NCBI GenBank assembly: GCA_010093605.1
Contig: MU004187.1
Coordinates: 372,001 to 436,000, forward strand
Direction: 5' to 3'
Length of the DNA: 64,000 nt
Origin: Lophium mytilinum
Lineage: Eukaryota
Below are positions 36,551 through 47,265 of the stretch, piece after piece. A program made the translations under genes and the position numbers. How positions within the stretch are numbered: position 1 is the first letter of the stretch; each line of letters opens with the position of its first letter. Under the pieces are notes generated by a model, which saw nothing but the letters and a program-made list of their open reading frames with translations, did no database searches and was not told where the DNA came from.

Positions 36551-37465
36551 ATGGCCATCCCATCCCCCGAACCCCTCCCCTTCCCCTTCATCCACGTCCC
36601 CGCCCTCTCCAACTTCCGCGACATCGGCGGCTGGCCCATCCAACCCCCTCCCTCAACCTTCCCGGTCTCAACGTCCCCTCCTCCGCCCCTCCGCCGCGTG
36701 CGTACCACCCTCCTCTACCGCTCCCCCGACCCCATCACCCTCACCCCAGCCGGTGAGGCCACCCTGCACGCGCTACGCATCACAACCCTCTTCGACCTGC
36801 GCGCCTCGCCCCAGATCGCGCGCCTGGGCGTTCGCGAGCTCCCCGGCATCGCGCGCGTCTGGCTGCCTGTGTTTGGCGAGCACGCGTACTCGCCTGAGCG
36901 CGCGGCGCAGCGCTACCTGGCGTACTCGAGCGAGGGGACGGTGGGGATAGTGGGGGCGTTTGAAGAGATTCTGGAGGCGGGCACGGCAGTGTTTGCGGGG
37001 TTGGTGAGGCATTTAGTAGGGATGGGGGACGCGGAAGGAGAGGGAGGGGAAGAGGGGGGAAGAGAAGGAGGGGGGGCAGGAGGAGAAGCTTGCATGGTGC
37101 ACTGCACAACGGGGAACAATCGCACCGGTGTGTTTGTCGGTGTCTTGCTAAGGCTGTTGGGTGTTGGCGTGCACCATGTGGCGGCTGAGTATGCGCTGAG
37201 TAATGTCGGGCTTGCGTCGAGCCGGGATGCGATTGTGGAGAGGTTGATGAAGAATCCAGTGTTTGCTGGGGAAGGGGGCAGGGCGCGGGCGGAGCGGATG
37301 ATCGGGGCGAGGGAGGAGAGCATGGTTGCGATGTTGGATATGGTGGAGAAGAGGTGGGGCGGACCGGAGGGGTATGCGATGGATGCTTGTGGGTTGAGTG
37401 AAGTGGAGATTGTGGCTCTGCGACGGTGCATGGTTGAGGTGGTTGAGGACACTGCATCAAGTTGA
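36551..37465 (+). CDS. Tyrosine/dual-specificity phosphatase, Y_phosphatase3 (PtpB/LipA-like) family
   Basis: NFRDIGG, LYRS, FDLR, P-loop VHCTTGNNRTG and EYALS. Confidence 0.88.
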   Translation: MAIPSPEPLPFPFIHVPALSNFRDIGGWPIQPPPSTFPVSTSPPPPLRRVRTTLLYRSPDPITLTPAGEATLHALRITTLFDLRASPQIARLGVRELPGIARVWLPVFGEHAYSPERAAQRYLAYSSEGTVGIVGAFEEILEAGTAVFAGLVRHLVGMGDAEGEGGEEGGREGGGAGGEACMVHCTTGNNRTGVFVGVLLRLLGVGVHHVAAEYALSNVGLASSRDAIVERLMKNPVFAGEGGRARAERMIGAREESMVAMLDMVEKRWGGPEGYAMDACGLSEVEIVALRRCMVEVVEDTASS

Positions 37466-37548
37466 TCGATGTTCGTATTTTCTTTGCTTCTACAACAACG
37501 ATCCGCCAGACATGCAGAAAACTGAGTTAAGCGGTCATCATTCATCCA

Positions 37549-38769
37549 TCAGCTCAAACCCCCCTGCACCACCAACTCCACCACCGGCACAACCGCCCAA
37601 ACCGCCGTAATCTTCCCCAAGACACCCGCTTCCACGCAAAACGATTCTGGATCCAACGTCATAGCCCCGTTCCAAATCAAGAACCCTACAACCACCCTCG
37701 CAAGATTAAACACCCCCGATGCCACCGCCACGAAAGAAACCCTGCGCTTCGGGCTCTCCCGATGTCGCCGCCACACCCCCATCCCAATCCACACCGCTCC
37801 GAGCAAACACAGACACCATAGCGCCAGCCCCGCGATCGCGCCGCCTTGGACCAGCCGGTACCCCCTCCGTATCGGGCCAGCGGGCAGCGTCCGGGAGAGG
37901 TAGTCCGTGGGACTCATATGTCGCGCGAGCACGGCATACGGACCAATGGCTATGAGCCCGTACACTGCCTCTGCGATCTGCTGCATCGCCGCGCTGCGGA
38001 CGTAGATGGAGGGCGAGATGAGCGCGACGACTGAGACGGCGGTTGCGGGTAAGGGGCGGATGAACCACGCCATCATTACGCGCCATAGCTGCGGAGGGGA
38101 GGCGCTTGAGGGGACCGAGCCGCGGAGGAGGATGGCGGTGAGGACGGTCATGGAGACGTGGAGGGAGGCGCTGAAGAGGGTGGAGAGGAGAGGACGGGAA
38201 AGAGGGTGGTGGGCGAGGAGGCGGGGGGTGCGGAGGAGGGATTGGAGGTCGCGTGAGCCGAGGATTAGGGTCCAGAGGCAGGGGAAGATCCAGAGGGAGA
38301 GCAGCCAGAGGGAGAGGGAGGTGGGTGTGTGACATTCGCCGTTGGTTTGGTGGATTTGCCAGAAGAGGTTTTGGGTGATTGCTGAGGTTGAACCGGTGGG
38401 GATCGGAGTTTTGAAGGGGGTCGTGGGTGTGGAAGTTGCTGTGAGTGAGGCTGAGATTGAGAATGATGGGTTCGTCGTAGGGGGCAATGTTGTTGATGAG
38501 AGAGTAGTTTGCACTATGATGCTTGGAGTTGTAGTTGGTGAACCTTCTAAGACTCCAACGCAGTAGGCGTATCCTACCAAAAGTCCCGCGCAGCTGTCCT
38601 GGAGTGATGGGTTCCATTGATAGAATTGCTGGAGCGTTACGCCGGCTTGGTTCGCGATGACTTCGCAGGAGTTTCCATCGGATATTGTAACATAATTGGT
38701 GCAATTCGATGCTATTCCCTGGGAAGTTGGGCCTTCTGGTGTTGTTGAGCGGGCTAAAAGCAATGCCAT
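37549..38769 (-). CDS. LysM-domain multi-pass (~7 TM) membrane protein
   Basis: Fungal Cys-type LysM (CTNYVTISDGNSCEVIA..FYQWNPSL..C..L..GYAYCV), then a Ser/Thr/Pro-rich stalk, then about 7 hydrophobic segments. An unseen 5' exon cannot be excluded. Confidence 0.8.
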   Translation of the reverse strand: MALLLARSTTPEGPTSQGIASNCTNYVTISDGNSCEVIANQAGVTLQQFYQWNPSLQDSCAGLLVGYAYCVGVLEGSPTTTPSIIVQTTLSSTTLPPTTNPSFSISASLTATSTPTTPFKTPIPTGSTSAITQNLFWQIHQTNGECHTPTSLSLWLLSLWIFPCLWTLILGSRDLQSLLRTPRLLAHHPLSRPLLSTLFSASLHVSMTVLTAILLRGSVPSSASPPQLWRVMMAWFIRPLPATAVSVVALISPSIYVRSAAMQQIAEAVYGLIAIGPYAVLARHMSPTDYLSRTLPAGPIRRGYRLVQGGAIAGLALWCLCLLGAVWIGMGVWRRHRESPKRRVSFVAVASGVFNLARVVVGFLIWNGAMTLDPESFCVEAGVLGKITAVWAVVPVVELVVQGGLS

Positions 38770-39394
38770 TTCATAAAATGTATTTCGTCTCTTTCATGAA
38801 AACTGATCTTTAATATCGAGGGTCGCGGTTCATACAGCACTTAGCTTCCAAACATGGCTGACGCATCTTTCCGGATTATAACTTACGTGTAGGATCACTC
38901 CAGGCCTTCGCTGCCTATATGTCTTGTCAGGCAGTTTCAAAGTTCTTCAGCCTTGCCTTAGCTACCTCGATACGGCTTCCCGGGTTGGCGTTGTTGTTCG
39001 ACTCAGCCTTTGTGGCGTCTGCGCCAAATATTGAGCGTGACCATAATCGGGAAGCAGGCGGCAAGGTTGTCTTGCTGAGTGGAAGTGGCTTCAGAGAGGC
39101 TGTGCTGAATAAAATCCGAAGCATGCGCGTCGCGCGTCATAGGGAGGCCGCAAACAATTCAGCAATGAGTGCCTTGTCCTCCTTTAGACTGCAAAAAGGT
39201 TGAATGACTGAATTTGGTGTTGGTGTTCATCAGAAGAGTTTGTTATTATGATTGTTGTGTTGATGTCTCTGGAGAGGAGGAACCACCATATAAATTCTTT
39301 GTTGGAAGTAGGCTGATCAAGTTGTGAGTATTGTGGTTCGGCGAAGAGAAGATACGAGAAAGAACAAAGCTAATGTTAATACTCAGAGCTCGAA

Positions 39395-40039
39395 ATGGCA
39401 CCACTCCCTCATTTGAAACCTCCGCACGCAGTGACTGGACAGGAACGACTTGATCTCCTCTGGATGAGCTTTGGAATCCTACTTGGTCTCCTCTCTGTTG
39501 CAGCTATATCAGCAGCCCGCATCCATTTCGTCGGCGATCCAGTAAAGAAATATAGTCAGCATGTCAAACAACTACAAGATCGGGATAGCAAGAACCAAAG
39601 CTTGCAGCAGCAAGTGGACAATAAAGACCACACCATTGCAACTCTCACTGCACGGGTTGCACGTCACGAAGGAACGATTGACGCACAAGTACGAAACATC
39701 GAGGCTTTAAATGACGAGATTGATGACAAGCGGAATCGGATACAAGAGCTGGAGGTGGGAGCGATACCCCTACGGCGGCTTCAAGCACAGGAACCGGAGC
39801 TGAGACGCCACATAGCCGGGATGGAATCGGAGCTGGTGCGATTGCGAGCCATTCGAAGCGAACTTGAAGATTTAAGACCAAGAGTGGGAGAGATGAGGGA
39901 TCGGGACCGGACATTGAGGAGGCAGGTCCAGGAGAAGGATACTGAGCTCCAAGAATCCACATCCAGGAACGAAGTATTGGTCCAAAGGATGGCATATATG
40001 CAACAGAGGCTTGCAGCGACGGGACACAATGGGCGTTGA
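39395..40039 (+). CDS. TM-anchored coiled-coil protein, paralog family member 3
   Basis: N-terminal hydrophobic helix LLWMSFGILLGLLSVAAISAA, a coiled coil, and LRPRVGEMRD..RMAYMQQRL. Confidence 0.75.
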   Translation: MAPLPHLKPPHAVTGQERLDLLWMSFGILLGLLSVAAISAARIHFVGDPVKKYSQHVKQLQDRDSKNQSLQQQVDNKDHTIATLTARVARHEGTIDAQVRNIEALNDEIDDKRNRIQELEVGAIPLRRLQAQEPELRRHIAGMESELVRLRAIRSELEDLRPRVGEMRDRDRTLRRQVQEKDTELQESTSRNEVLVQRMAYMQQRLAATGHNGR

Positions 40040-40665
40040 AGTTGACCGGTAGCTAGGATAGCTATTGATGGAAGAAAGACTCCGGTGATGGAACAGCTCT
40101 TCGTTGTTGGCCACTGGTCAACTTTGCGGCTTCCAATTGAATCACTTGAGAGCTCCGCTTCTTGAGAACTGAGATAAGACTTGTGCGAAAAGGAGGTACG
40201 AGGAGATGCTCTCCTGGCTCTTCCGCTCTTCTTGTGGGTGCAGTGTGACTAGACGGAGGTCTGACTTGCAGATTTCCCAGCGCAAAAAAAACCGAAGCAT
40301 CCCCTGTACCATAAGTTCAGCTTTGGATAGCTACTGTATATTAAAAGGACATCTACGAACATTGATTTCTATTCTTATTCATGAACCGATCGAGGTGTTT
40401 TAGGGGTGTGGCTCTGCAGTCGAGCCAGAACACGAGGTGAGGCCGTTTGAACAACAAGATCCTGGTGTACATTGGACTGTATTCATCTTTTAATAAAGAG
40501 CGATGGTGTGGTGAATTTGAGAGAAAACTAGAATTCACGTGTTGCCGTGTACGTTTCGGGTTTCCTTAGCGCCGATCTTTAATCAACAAACATCCCCGGA
40601 CCTCCAACCTCGACCGCGCAATTGCTATATCCCCCACCACCCATTATTCTCGCGCAGACACCACC

Positions 40666-43203
40666 ATGCCGCGCTCTCACGCTTCCACAGGCAGGAGTCG
40701 AAGCCGGAGTCCTTCGCGACGCGCACCCACCCGGACTGCATCCCGACGCGCCCCATCTACCACCTCTACGAAGTACGAAGTGGACTTTGACGCGTTGCGT
40801 GGGCCGGATTCTACAGGACAAGATACATCTGATGTTGAAGACGATGGCTTGCGGAAGTTCGATACGATACGCAGCGACGACATTGATGGACCGGAGGACT
40901 TCACGCTAAACATGGAGTATTGGATGAAGACGCCTCTTCCACTTCTCTTAAAGCAGCCAGAAGTCAGAGTGCAGGAGGCTACAGAGGAACTAGACGACGA
41001 TGCTACTCGGGAAGGAGATCGGGCGATTTCGAATGTGTACGACGAGGAAGAGCCGGGAAAGGTGGATTCACGATCACCAACACTGCGCGCTCCTGCGATT
41101 GGCAGCGAGGACGAGAGGCCAACAGACATAGATGAGAGCACCATGGAGCAGGATGAGAAAGTCATGAGCTATTTGGATGCGCTACCCGACACGGATATTG
41201 GTGATGCCGTTGCATCGACCCCACATTACAAGGCAGGGACGTTGCGCCGCCAACGACCCCAACAGACCCTCCCACATTCACCTTCGCCCGCCCCACAGAA
41301 GACCCGATCACTACAACCGACGGTCGAAGACTCTACCGACACACCGAGGAAGGTCACCCAGGAGACTGTGGTACACTACCAAACCGAGCAGGAACAGAGC
41401 GCCACCAACAACTCAATCTTCCGAGACATTGCGGACCTGGAGGCCCGACTCAAGGACCAAGAGTCGGCCGCCCAGAATCGCATCGCCGAACTCGAGACTA
41501 TCATCACTTACACACGTTCCGAAATGGAGACAATTCGGGATCAGAACTTCAAGAAATCCGAGGAGATCAACGAGCTCAAAGACCTCAATGAGATGCTAGG
41601 CCAGAGTGTCAAAGCGTCCAGCGCGGACACAAACAACCGGTTGGACGCGCTGCGAGAGGAGTATGAGAAGAGGATACAGAGCATCAATGCTGAGCACGTG
41701 AAAGAGAATGATAGACAGGTGGAAGAGGTGAATGAGGCGTGGCGTCGTAAGCTGAAGAAAGAAAACGAGACTTATGCCAAGGCTAAAGATGAAGAATTCG
41801 TCCGTAGGGAGACACATCTAAAGGGCGAATGCGACACTCAATTGAGGGCACTCAGAGAAGAAAAGGACAGCATGAGCAAAGAGTTGCGTGTTCGAGATCA
41901 ACAAATCACGGAACTGCAACATGAGCTGAGCCAATCGCGGAATGATACGTCGGTTGAGATGGCCAAAGTCATGGAGGAGCAGAAGTCGCAGTTCGACGGG
42001 GCAAAGGTCGAATTGAACGAAAAGATCACGACGCTGGAGTCCAGGATCGAGAAGCTCATATCCGATCTCAAAGCTGCTACAGACGACGCCACCAAAACCC
42101 GGCTAGAGACCAACGACTACGCCACTCTACAAGAAACGTCAAAAACCCAAGCGGCCAAGATCACACTCCTAGAATCTCGTCTCCAGACTCTTCAAACCCA
42201 ACTCGATTCGTCTCGCGCAGACGTCTCGACGAAAGACCAAGAAATCTTGCGCAGCATCACTGAACAAGAACGAATGGATAAACGCTTCACTGACACTCAA
42301 GCTCGCATCTCAGACCTCGAGAAGACGATCTCAACCCTTCGCCAAGACCTCACCCAAAGTCGTACCGAGACCGATGGAGCACGGAAAGAGATTCAGCGCG
42401 CACATGAGGGCACAAGAGTCGTCCGCGAAAGTCTCCGAGAAGCTCGCGCCGAGACTGAGGCCAACGCGCACGAATTCGAGGAGCAGATCAAGACATTGGA
42501 GATGCACAAGAGGGACGTCGGACGTATGCTCGAGAATGCGCAGAACGAGCGAGATTCGCTAGCATCTAGTCAAAAGTCTCAACTTTCCGAGATGCGCACC
42601 AAAGCTGAGGAAGCAGTGCGCAAGGTCGGCGTGATGCTCGACGCTGAGCGGGTGGAGAGGAAGAAAGCTGCGAAAGAGGCGAAGGCGCTGAAAGTAGAGC
42701 TAGAGCAGCTGCGAGGGCAGGCCCAGGAGAAGAAAGCTAGGTCAGAGAAGCCAAGCCCAGAAGCAGTCCATCCAGACGGTGTCTACTCGACAGAAGCCAT
42801 GTCAGAACTAGAGACGCTGAGGGAGATCATCCGCAAGCAGAATGTCACCAACAAAGCTGCAAAGGCGGAAGCCCAGGCTGCGAGGGCGGAGCTGGAGAGT
42901 TTGAAGGCAGATATGGACGCCCGGACAGACGAGTTCCTGGGCGCAAACGGAGATATGAACGAGCGATTCGCCGCACTACTTAAGCCGCTGATGAGGGAGA
43001 AGACGAAGAGCGCGATGGAGACGAGGGATGGGAAGTGGATAGAGCGCCTCGGGAAGTTGCAGGCTGAGCGGGAACTAATGGGAAAGGTGCTGATGAGGGA
43101 ATGGGGAAAGCAAGAGTGTGGGAGAGCGAAGAAGGATGAACTGCAATATTATCGGTATCATTATGATGTGCGGCAGAAGCAGCGGAGGGGTGAGGGTAAT
43201 TAG
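40666..43203 (+). CDS. Large coiled-coil protein, probably spindle-pole-body associated (SnaD-like)
   Basis: 845-aa ORF with an acidic N-terminus containing DGPEDFTLNM, a long coiled coil and C-terminal MGKVLMREWGKQECG..QYYRYHY. The family assignment is from memory of these motifs. Confidence 0.7.
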   Translation: MPRSHASTGRSRSRSPSRRAPTRTASRRAPSTTSTKYEVDFDALRGPDSTGQDTSDVEDDGLRKFDTIRSDDIDGPEDFTLNMEYWMKTPLPLLLKQPEVRVQEATEELDDDATREGDRAISNVYDEEEPGKVDSRSPTLRAPAIGSEDERPTDIDESTMEQDEKVMSYLDALPDTDIGDAVASTPHYKAGTLRRQRPQQTLPHSPSPAPQKTRSLQPTVEDSTDTPRKVTQETVVHYQTEQEQSATNNSIFRDIADLEARLKDQESAAQNRIAELETIITYTRSEMETIRDQNFKKSEEINELKDLNEMLGQSVKASSADTNNRLDALREEYEKRIQSINAEHVKENDRQVEEVNEAWRRKLKKENETYAKAKDEEFVRRETHLKGECDTQLRALREEKDSMSKELRVRDQQITELQHELSQSRNDTSVEMAKVMEEQKSQFDGAKVELNEKITTLESRIEKLISDLKAATDDATKTRLETNDYATLQETSKTQAAKITLLESRLQTLQTQLDSSRADVSTKDQEILRSITEQERMDKRFTDTQARISDLEKTISTLRQDLTQSRTETDGARKEIQRAHEGTRVVRESLREARAETEANAHEFEEQIKTLEMHKRDVGRMLENAQNERDSLASSQKSQLSEMRTKAEEAVRKVGVMLDAERVERKKAAKEAKALKVELEQLRGQAQEKKARSEKPSPEAVHPDGVYSTEAMSELETLREIIRKQNVTNKAAKAEAQAARAELESLKADMDARTDEFLGANGDMNERFAALLKPLMREKTKSAMETRDGKWIERLGKLQAERELMGKVLMREWGKQECGRAKKDELQYYRYHYDVRQKQRRGEGN

Positions 43204-43771
43204 GGCAAAAAGCTTTGATGTTTCTGGGGTCTTTGGGAGTTCGTTCGGGAGGTTTTTTGCTTCCCTTAGGTCTGGTGACGTTTCAGCGTCGGGGTTCTGG
43301 CGTTGCATATAGCAGTGCTGAGTGGTAATGAGTAACGTATCTGCGTAAGCATACGCATTTGACATGAATAGTACCGTGCCTGCTGTAAACGCTCGTGGTG
43401 ATATGTACAGCGCTACAGCGCCTTGCTAAAAGCCTTTGCATTTTGCGTACCACTGTCTGAGGTGCTTCATCGCAGTATAAGGAACAGAAACATGTTGTAC
43501 AATTCTAGGCAGTACAAATCGGAGCGAATCCAAACCCGTTCATAAATCCATCTCGCCGCCGTTCAGGGTGGCTCCGCACACCATAGAGACTCTGGAAATA
43601 ATCTCAATAAAGAGCACACAAATCGATGTGTCTGCGCTGTACTCGCCGCTCCATAACGCCCGTCATTTTGATAATAGAACCCATCTCATAATGTACAGTA
43701 CACCTCACACACTCTTGCTAGGATTTCGTAATTGCCGCTGAACAACCCTCCACTTATCGTCTTCACATGGC

Positions 43772-44309
43772 TTATAGCAGCCCCTTTCGCGCCAACTCAA
43801 TCTTCCTTGCTGTTTCGCCCTCTTTATACCCGCCTTTACTGGCGCATATGGCGATCCCATCGCCGAGCTCGACTTTATCCTCGACGTCCCAGGCGCAAGG
43901 GCAGTGGTGGGGGAAGTGCACACAGGAGAGAGTTCCAGGGCAGAGGTAGTTCGAGCAATGCGCTATTCAGTATATCAGCATAAGTTCCAAGTCTATGAAT
44001 GCGGACGATGTGTTGGAAGTAGGTCAAGTGGACTCCAAGAGATATTTATAGAGTAGCTTTGAATGATATATCGTATGGAGCTTATCTTGCAGGTTTTGAT
44101 ATATTGTGAAAGAGTGGGTGAGAATTGGAAGACTAACCGGCATTATAGTTCTCCTGATACCACTGGCTATCGCTCCTCACATTCTGCGGCTGGTGTTGTT
44201 GCTGCTGGCCACCGCCGCCGTTGAACATTTGGTCGAAGAAGCCGAATTGGGCGTTGGATGAAACGGTGAAAAGAGAGCAGGCGATGAGGAGAAGATCGAG
44301 GATGTTCAT
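43772..44309 (-). CDS. LCL2: Long chronological lifespan protein 2 (secreted/ER); exons 44309-44138, 43962-43772; missed by ORF track
   Basis: Signal peptide, then [82 protein letters not shown]. Confidence 0.92.
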
Positions 44310-44633
44310 CTTGAATGTATAGATTTTTTGACACTTCGGATTAGGCTAGAGTGTCGTAGATGAGTTCGGGGATGACGATGGAGTGGTTGAGTGGCCTTTT
44401 GGAATAGACCCGTTGAGCAGTTTGTCTGTGTCCGGCGCTAGTGAAAAAGGCGCTTTGGTCTTGCGGAGAAAATGAAAACTTCGGGGGTCTCGTTTCGCAC
44501 AACGACGTTGGAGCTCCGACTTTGCGACCTACCTTTCTACCCACCGTATATACAATTAACAGTCATCCACAATCACTCAAGTACGTCGGCTCGTCTTCTC
44601 CCTTGTGATTATACGGACTGATTTCCTGGCAGC

Positions 44634-44892
44634 ATGCATCTCATGTACACCCTCGACGCCTCAGGCAAACGCGCCTACACTCTCAAGAAAGTCATCCACG
44701 GCGAGGTCTCAAAGTCCGCCCACCCGGCCCGCTTCTCGCCAGACGATAAGTACTCCCGTCACCGGGTCACGCTGAAGAGGAGATATGGACTGCTTATGAC
44801 GCAGCAGAGTACGTGATTCTGAAGTATGGGAAGAGATTTTAAGGACAGTATGCTGATGAAACGTAGAGGACAAGCATGCGCTAGGGACCTAG
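44634..44892 (+). CDS. NOP10: H/ACA snoRNP subunit Nop10; intron 44809-44866
   Basis: [40 protein letters not shown]. Confidence 0.96.
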
Positions 44893-45133
44893 ATCTGGAA
44901 AGCTGAACGGGGAGAGTGTGATCTCAGGAACAAACAGATCAAAATGGGTTCTGACGGTTGAACCCGGCGTTCATGGAGTCCGGGCGAAATTTTGTGATAC
45001 CTCCAACAGGCGAAGGTCGAGACGAAAATCATAAAGTGTCGCGAGCGATGGATTCGGCTATAGTTACGCCTCTATTTACAGGCTCTATAGGCATTACCCA
45101 TTGTCTAGTACTATACGAAAGAACGCTCTAATG

Positions 45134-46740
45134 CTACAAACGGGCCTTTCCGTCATTCTCTTTCTCCCTCAAGTATTCGTTGAAATCAAACCCCACCTCT
45201 TCCAAAGCCCGCACACTCCCCCTCGCATCTCCCTTAGCCACAAACGCTCTCCGAATTGCCGGGAAGTTCTCTCTGCACCAATATTCCCACCTCCCCCACA
45301 CAGGCGGTACCTTTCCGCGCCCATCATTCTCTAACCCTTCCTTCACTGGCGCGCTCAGCGCCCACTTCGAAAGTTCATTGATGTACTCCGCGTCCTTTGG
45401 AAACGGGAGCAAGTGAAAGTTACGCCCTGCTCCTACCTCTGCGACTCGGTCTTTCTCCCATTTCTGCATCTCCTCTTTTGAAGGTAAAGGTAGGCGCCCA
45501 GAATATACACGTGCCAGTACCGAGCTCTGTGCTTCAGCGACTGGGAAGGGGATGACGCGCTGTGGCAGTGCTAGCAGCGAAAGAGTCGGGTTCGGCGCGT
45601 AGAAGAGATGCTTATACGTATGTTCGACACGACTCCCATCGATGATCAGTGGCGGCGACACGCTGGTCAAAAAGGGCAGCGAGTAGAAGTAGCCGGTGCA
45701 GAAGACGATAGCGTCGATGTCTGATTCAACATGGCCGTTCTCGAAGCGTACAGAGCGGGATTCGGGAATGAAGGCTGCGATAGGAGGGAGATCGAGCTTG
45801 GCAGGATCGGGAGCTGGCTGCAGATGAGGACTGGATTGTTGTGACCAGAGGAGAGGTGGAACGCAAAGAGGGGCGATCTGGGAGCTGATGTCGAGACCGG
45901 AAGCGGAGTTTCCGACGACAATTGTTTTCTGAAGGGCATTAATGGATGATCGAACTATTAAAAGAGAAGGAGAGGGAAGCACACCTTTTCCGCAAAGTCG
46001 TCTGGTTTTCGGAAGTATTTCGAATGCGATACTATCCCCGGATACTTCTCATTCCACGCTTTCAACCCTTCAATCTCGGGAACGTACGGCACGATGAAAT
46101 GACCGTTTGCAACAATAACAACGTCGAAGGTTTCTTCTTGCTCAGTCTTACTCCTTATGTTAACAGATTTGACTACCCAGCTGTTGTCCGTAGCGGATCG
46201 AACATCGACGACCTGGGTTTCGAGCCGAACGAGATTCTCGATGTCATTTCCGTACTGCTGGATATAAGCTAGAGCGGTATAATGCTTCGGGAACAGCTGC
46301 GAGTCTTGAGGCCAATTGAGATCAGAGAAACCCATGAGCGATCGAGGGATGTTGGTCTCGAGGCGCTCATACAACGGAGATATGAATGAAGGCACTTTGG
46401 TGTCTGATCTGTTGGTGTCGTGATCGGTCTTCAGGCTTTCGTTTTCTCTAGGAGTACGCCAAATGGGCTTGTCAATGCTTCCAGCTGGACTGGTTTGGGG
46501 GACGGTGAAGATTTCTTCGGTGGTTTGATCGGGTGTGTAGTTCCATATTCCGCCGGTTGAGCTTCTTTGCTCGAATACGACAATCTTGTCAAATGCTTTC
46601 TCGGCTGAGAGGTATCTGATCATACAGTTTCAGTGAAGAACAATGGAGAGACAATTGGGAACATACTTTGCGGCAACTAATCCAGATGGGCCACCGCCAA
46701 TGATTGCAATAGATCTCGCTCTAATGTAAGTAGAAGCCAT
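45134..46740 (-). CDS. FMO1: Flavin-containing (thiol-specific) monooxygenase, FMO1-like, 3 exons
   Basis: FAD-binding IAIIGGGPSG, GGIWNY, LYERLETN, VANGHF..P, FMO motif PGIVSHSKYF, VVGNSASGLDI and CTGY. Confidence 0.9.
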
Positions 46741-47265
46741 GACTTTTATGCTGAGATTCTGAATGCAAGATGAATAAATATCTAGATGAAATTTGATAGA
46801 GAAGATGTGACTTGAGAAACTTTATAAGAGGATAATTCTGGGTGTCAGTAGTCTACTATATTCCAACATCTATTCCGGCGTTCCCGCTGCAAGGAAACAT
46901 TCTTTCAATAATCCTAGGATGACACGAGCTTTCTCTGAATAAAAGTCTCTAGGGCGCACGCCCTTAGGATATCACTCCACAGGCCCACATGCCGACATCG
47001 CGCTGATAGGGAGCAAAATGACGATATCCGCTCCGCCCTCTTGGCTTCCACCCCTCCAACCACCACCCGGGGTTGCATTGATCGTCCCGCCCGTCATCTA
47101 CCATCCTCCAGGCGTCCACTCAATTGCATAGCGACACATATTCCAATTCTTTCCTTTTTCCTATTCCCTCATTCCTTCGCTCTCTATGCGCTTTCCACGT
47201 CCATATACCCCTCGCGTTGTTCATAAGTCTTAAACCCTAGCATTCGACAATCCGCATACCTCAGC

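Noticed and set aside
36773..38704. Long overlapping ORFs (36780-37460, 36913-37545, 37706-38704)
   Set aside because: These are Pro/Ser/Arg-rich shadow frames caused by high GC and skew in the real genes.
38927..39124. 65-aa minus ORF with presequence-like N-terminus, or a 5' exon of the LysM-TM gene
   Set aside because: It has no homology cue, and I found no convincing splice path supplying a signal peptide.
43963..44137. Unusually long LCL2 intron (175 nt) next to NOP10 as a possible snoRNA host
   Set aside because: No RTGATGA C box and no convincing H/ACA hairpin layout were seen on the sense strand.
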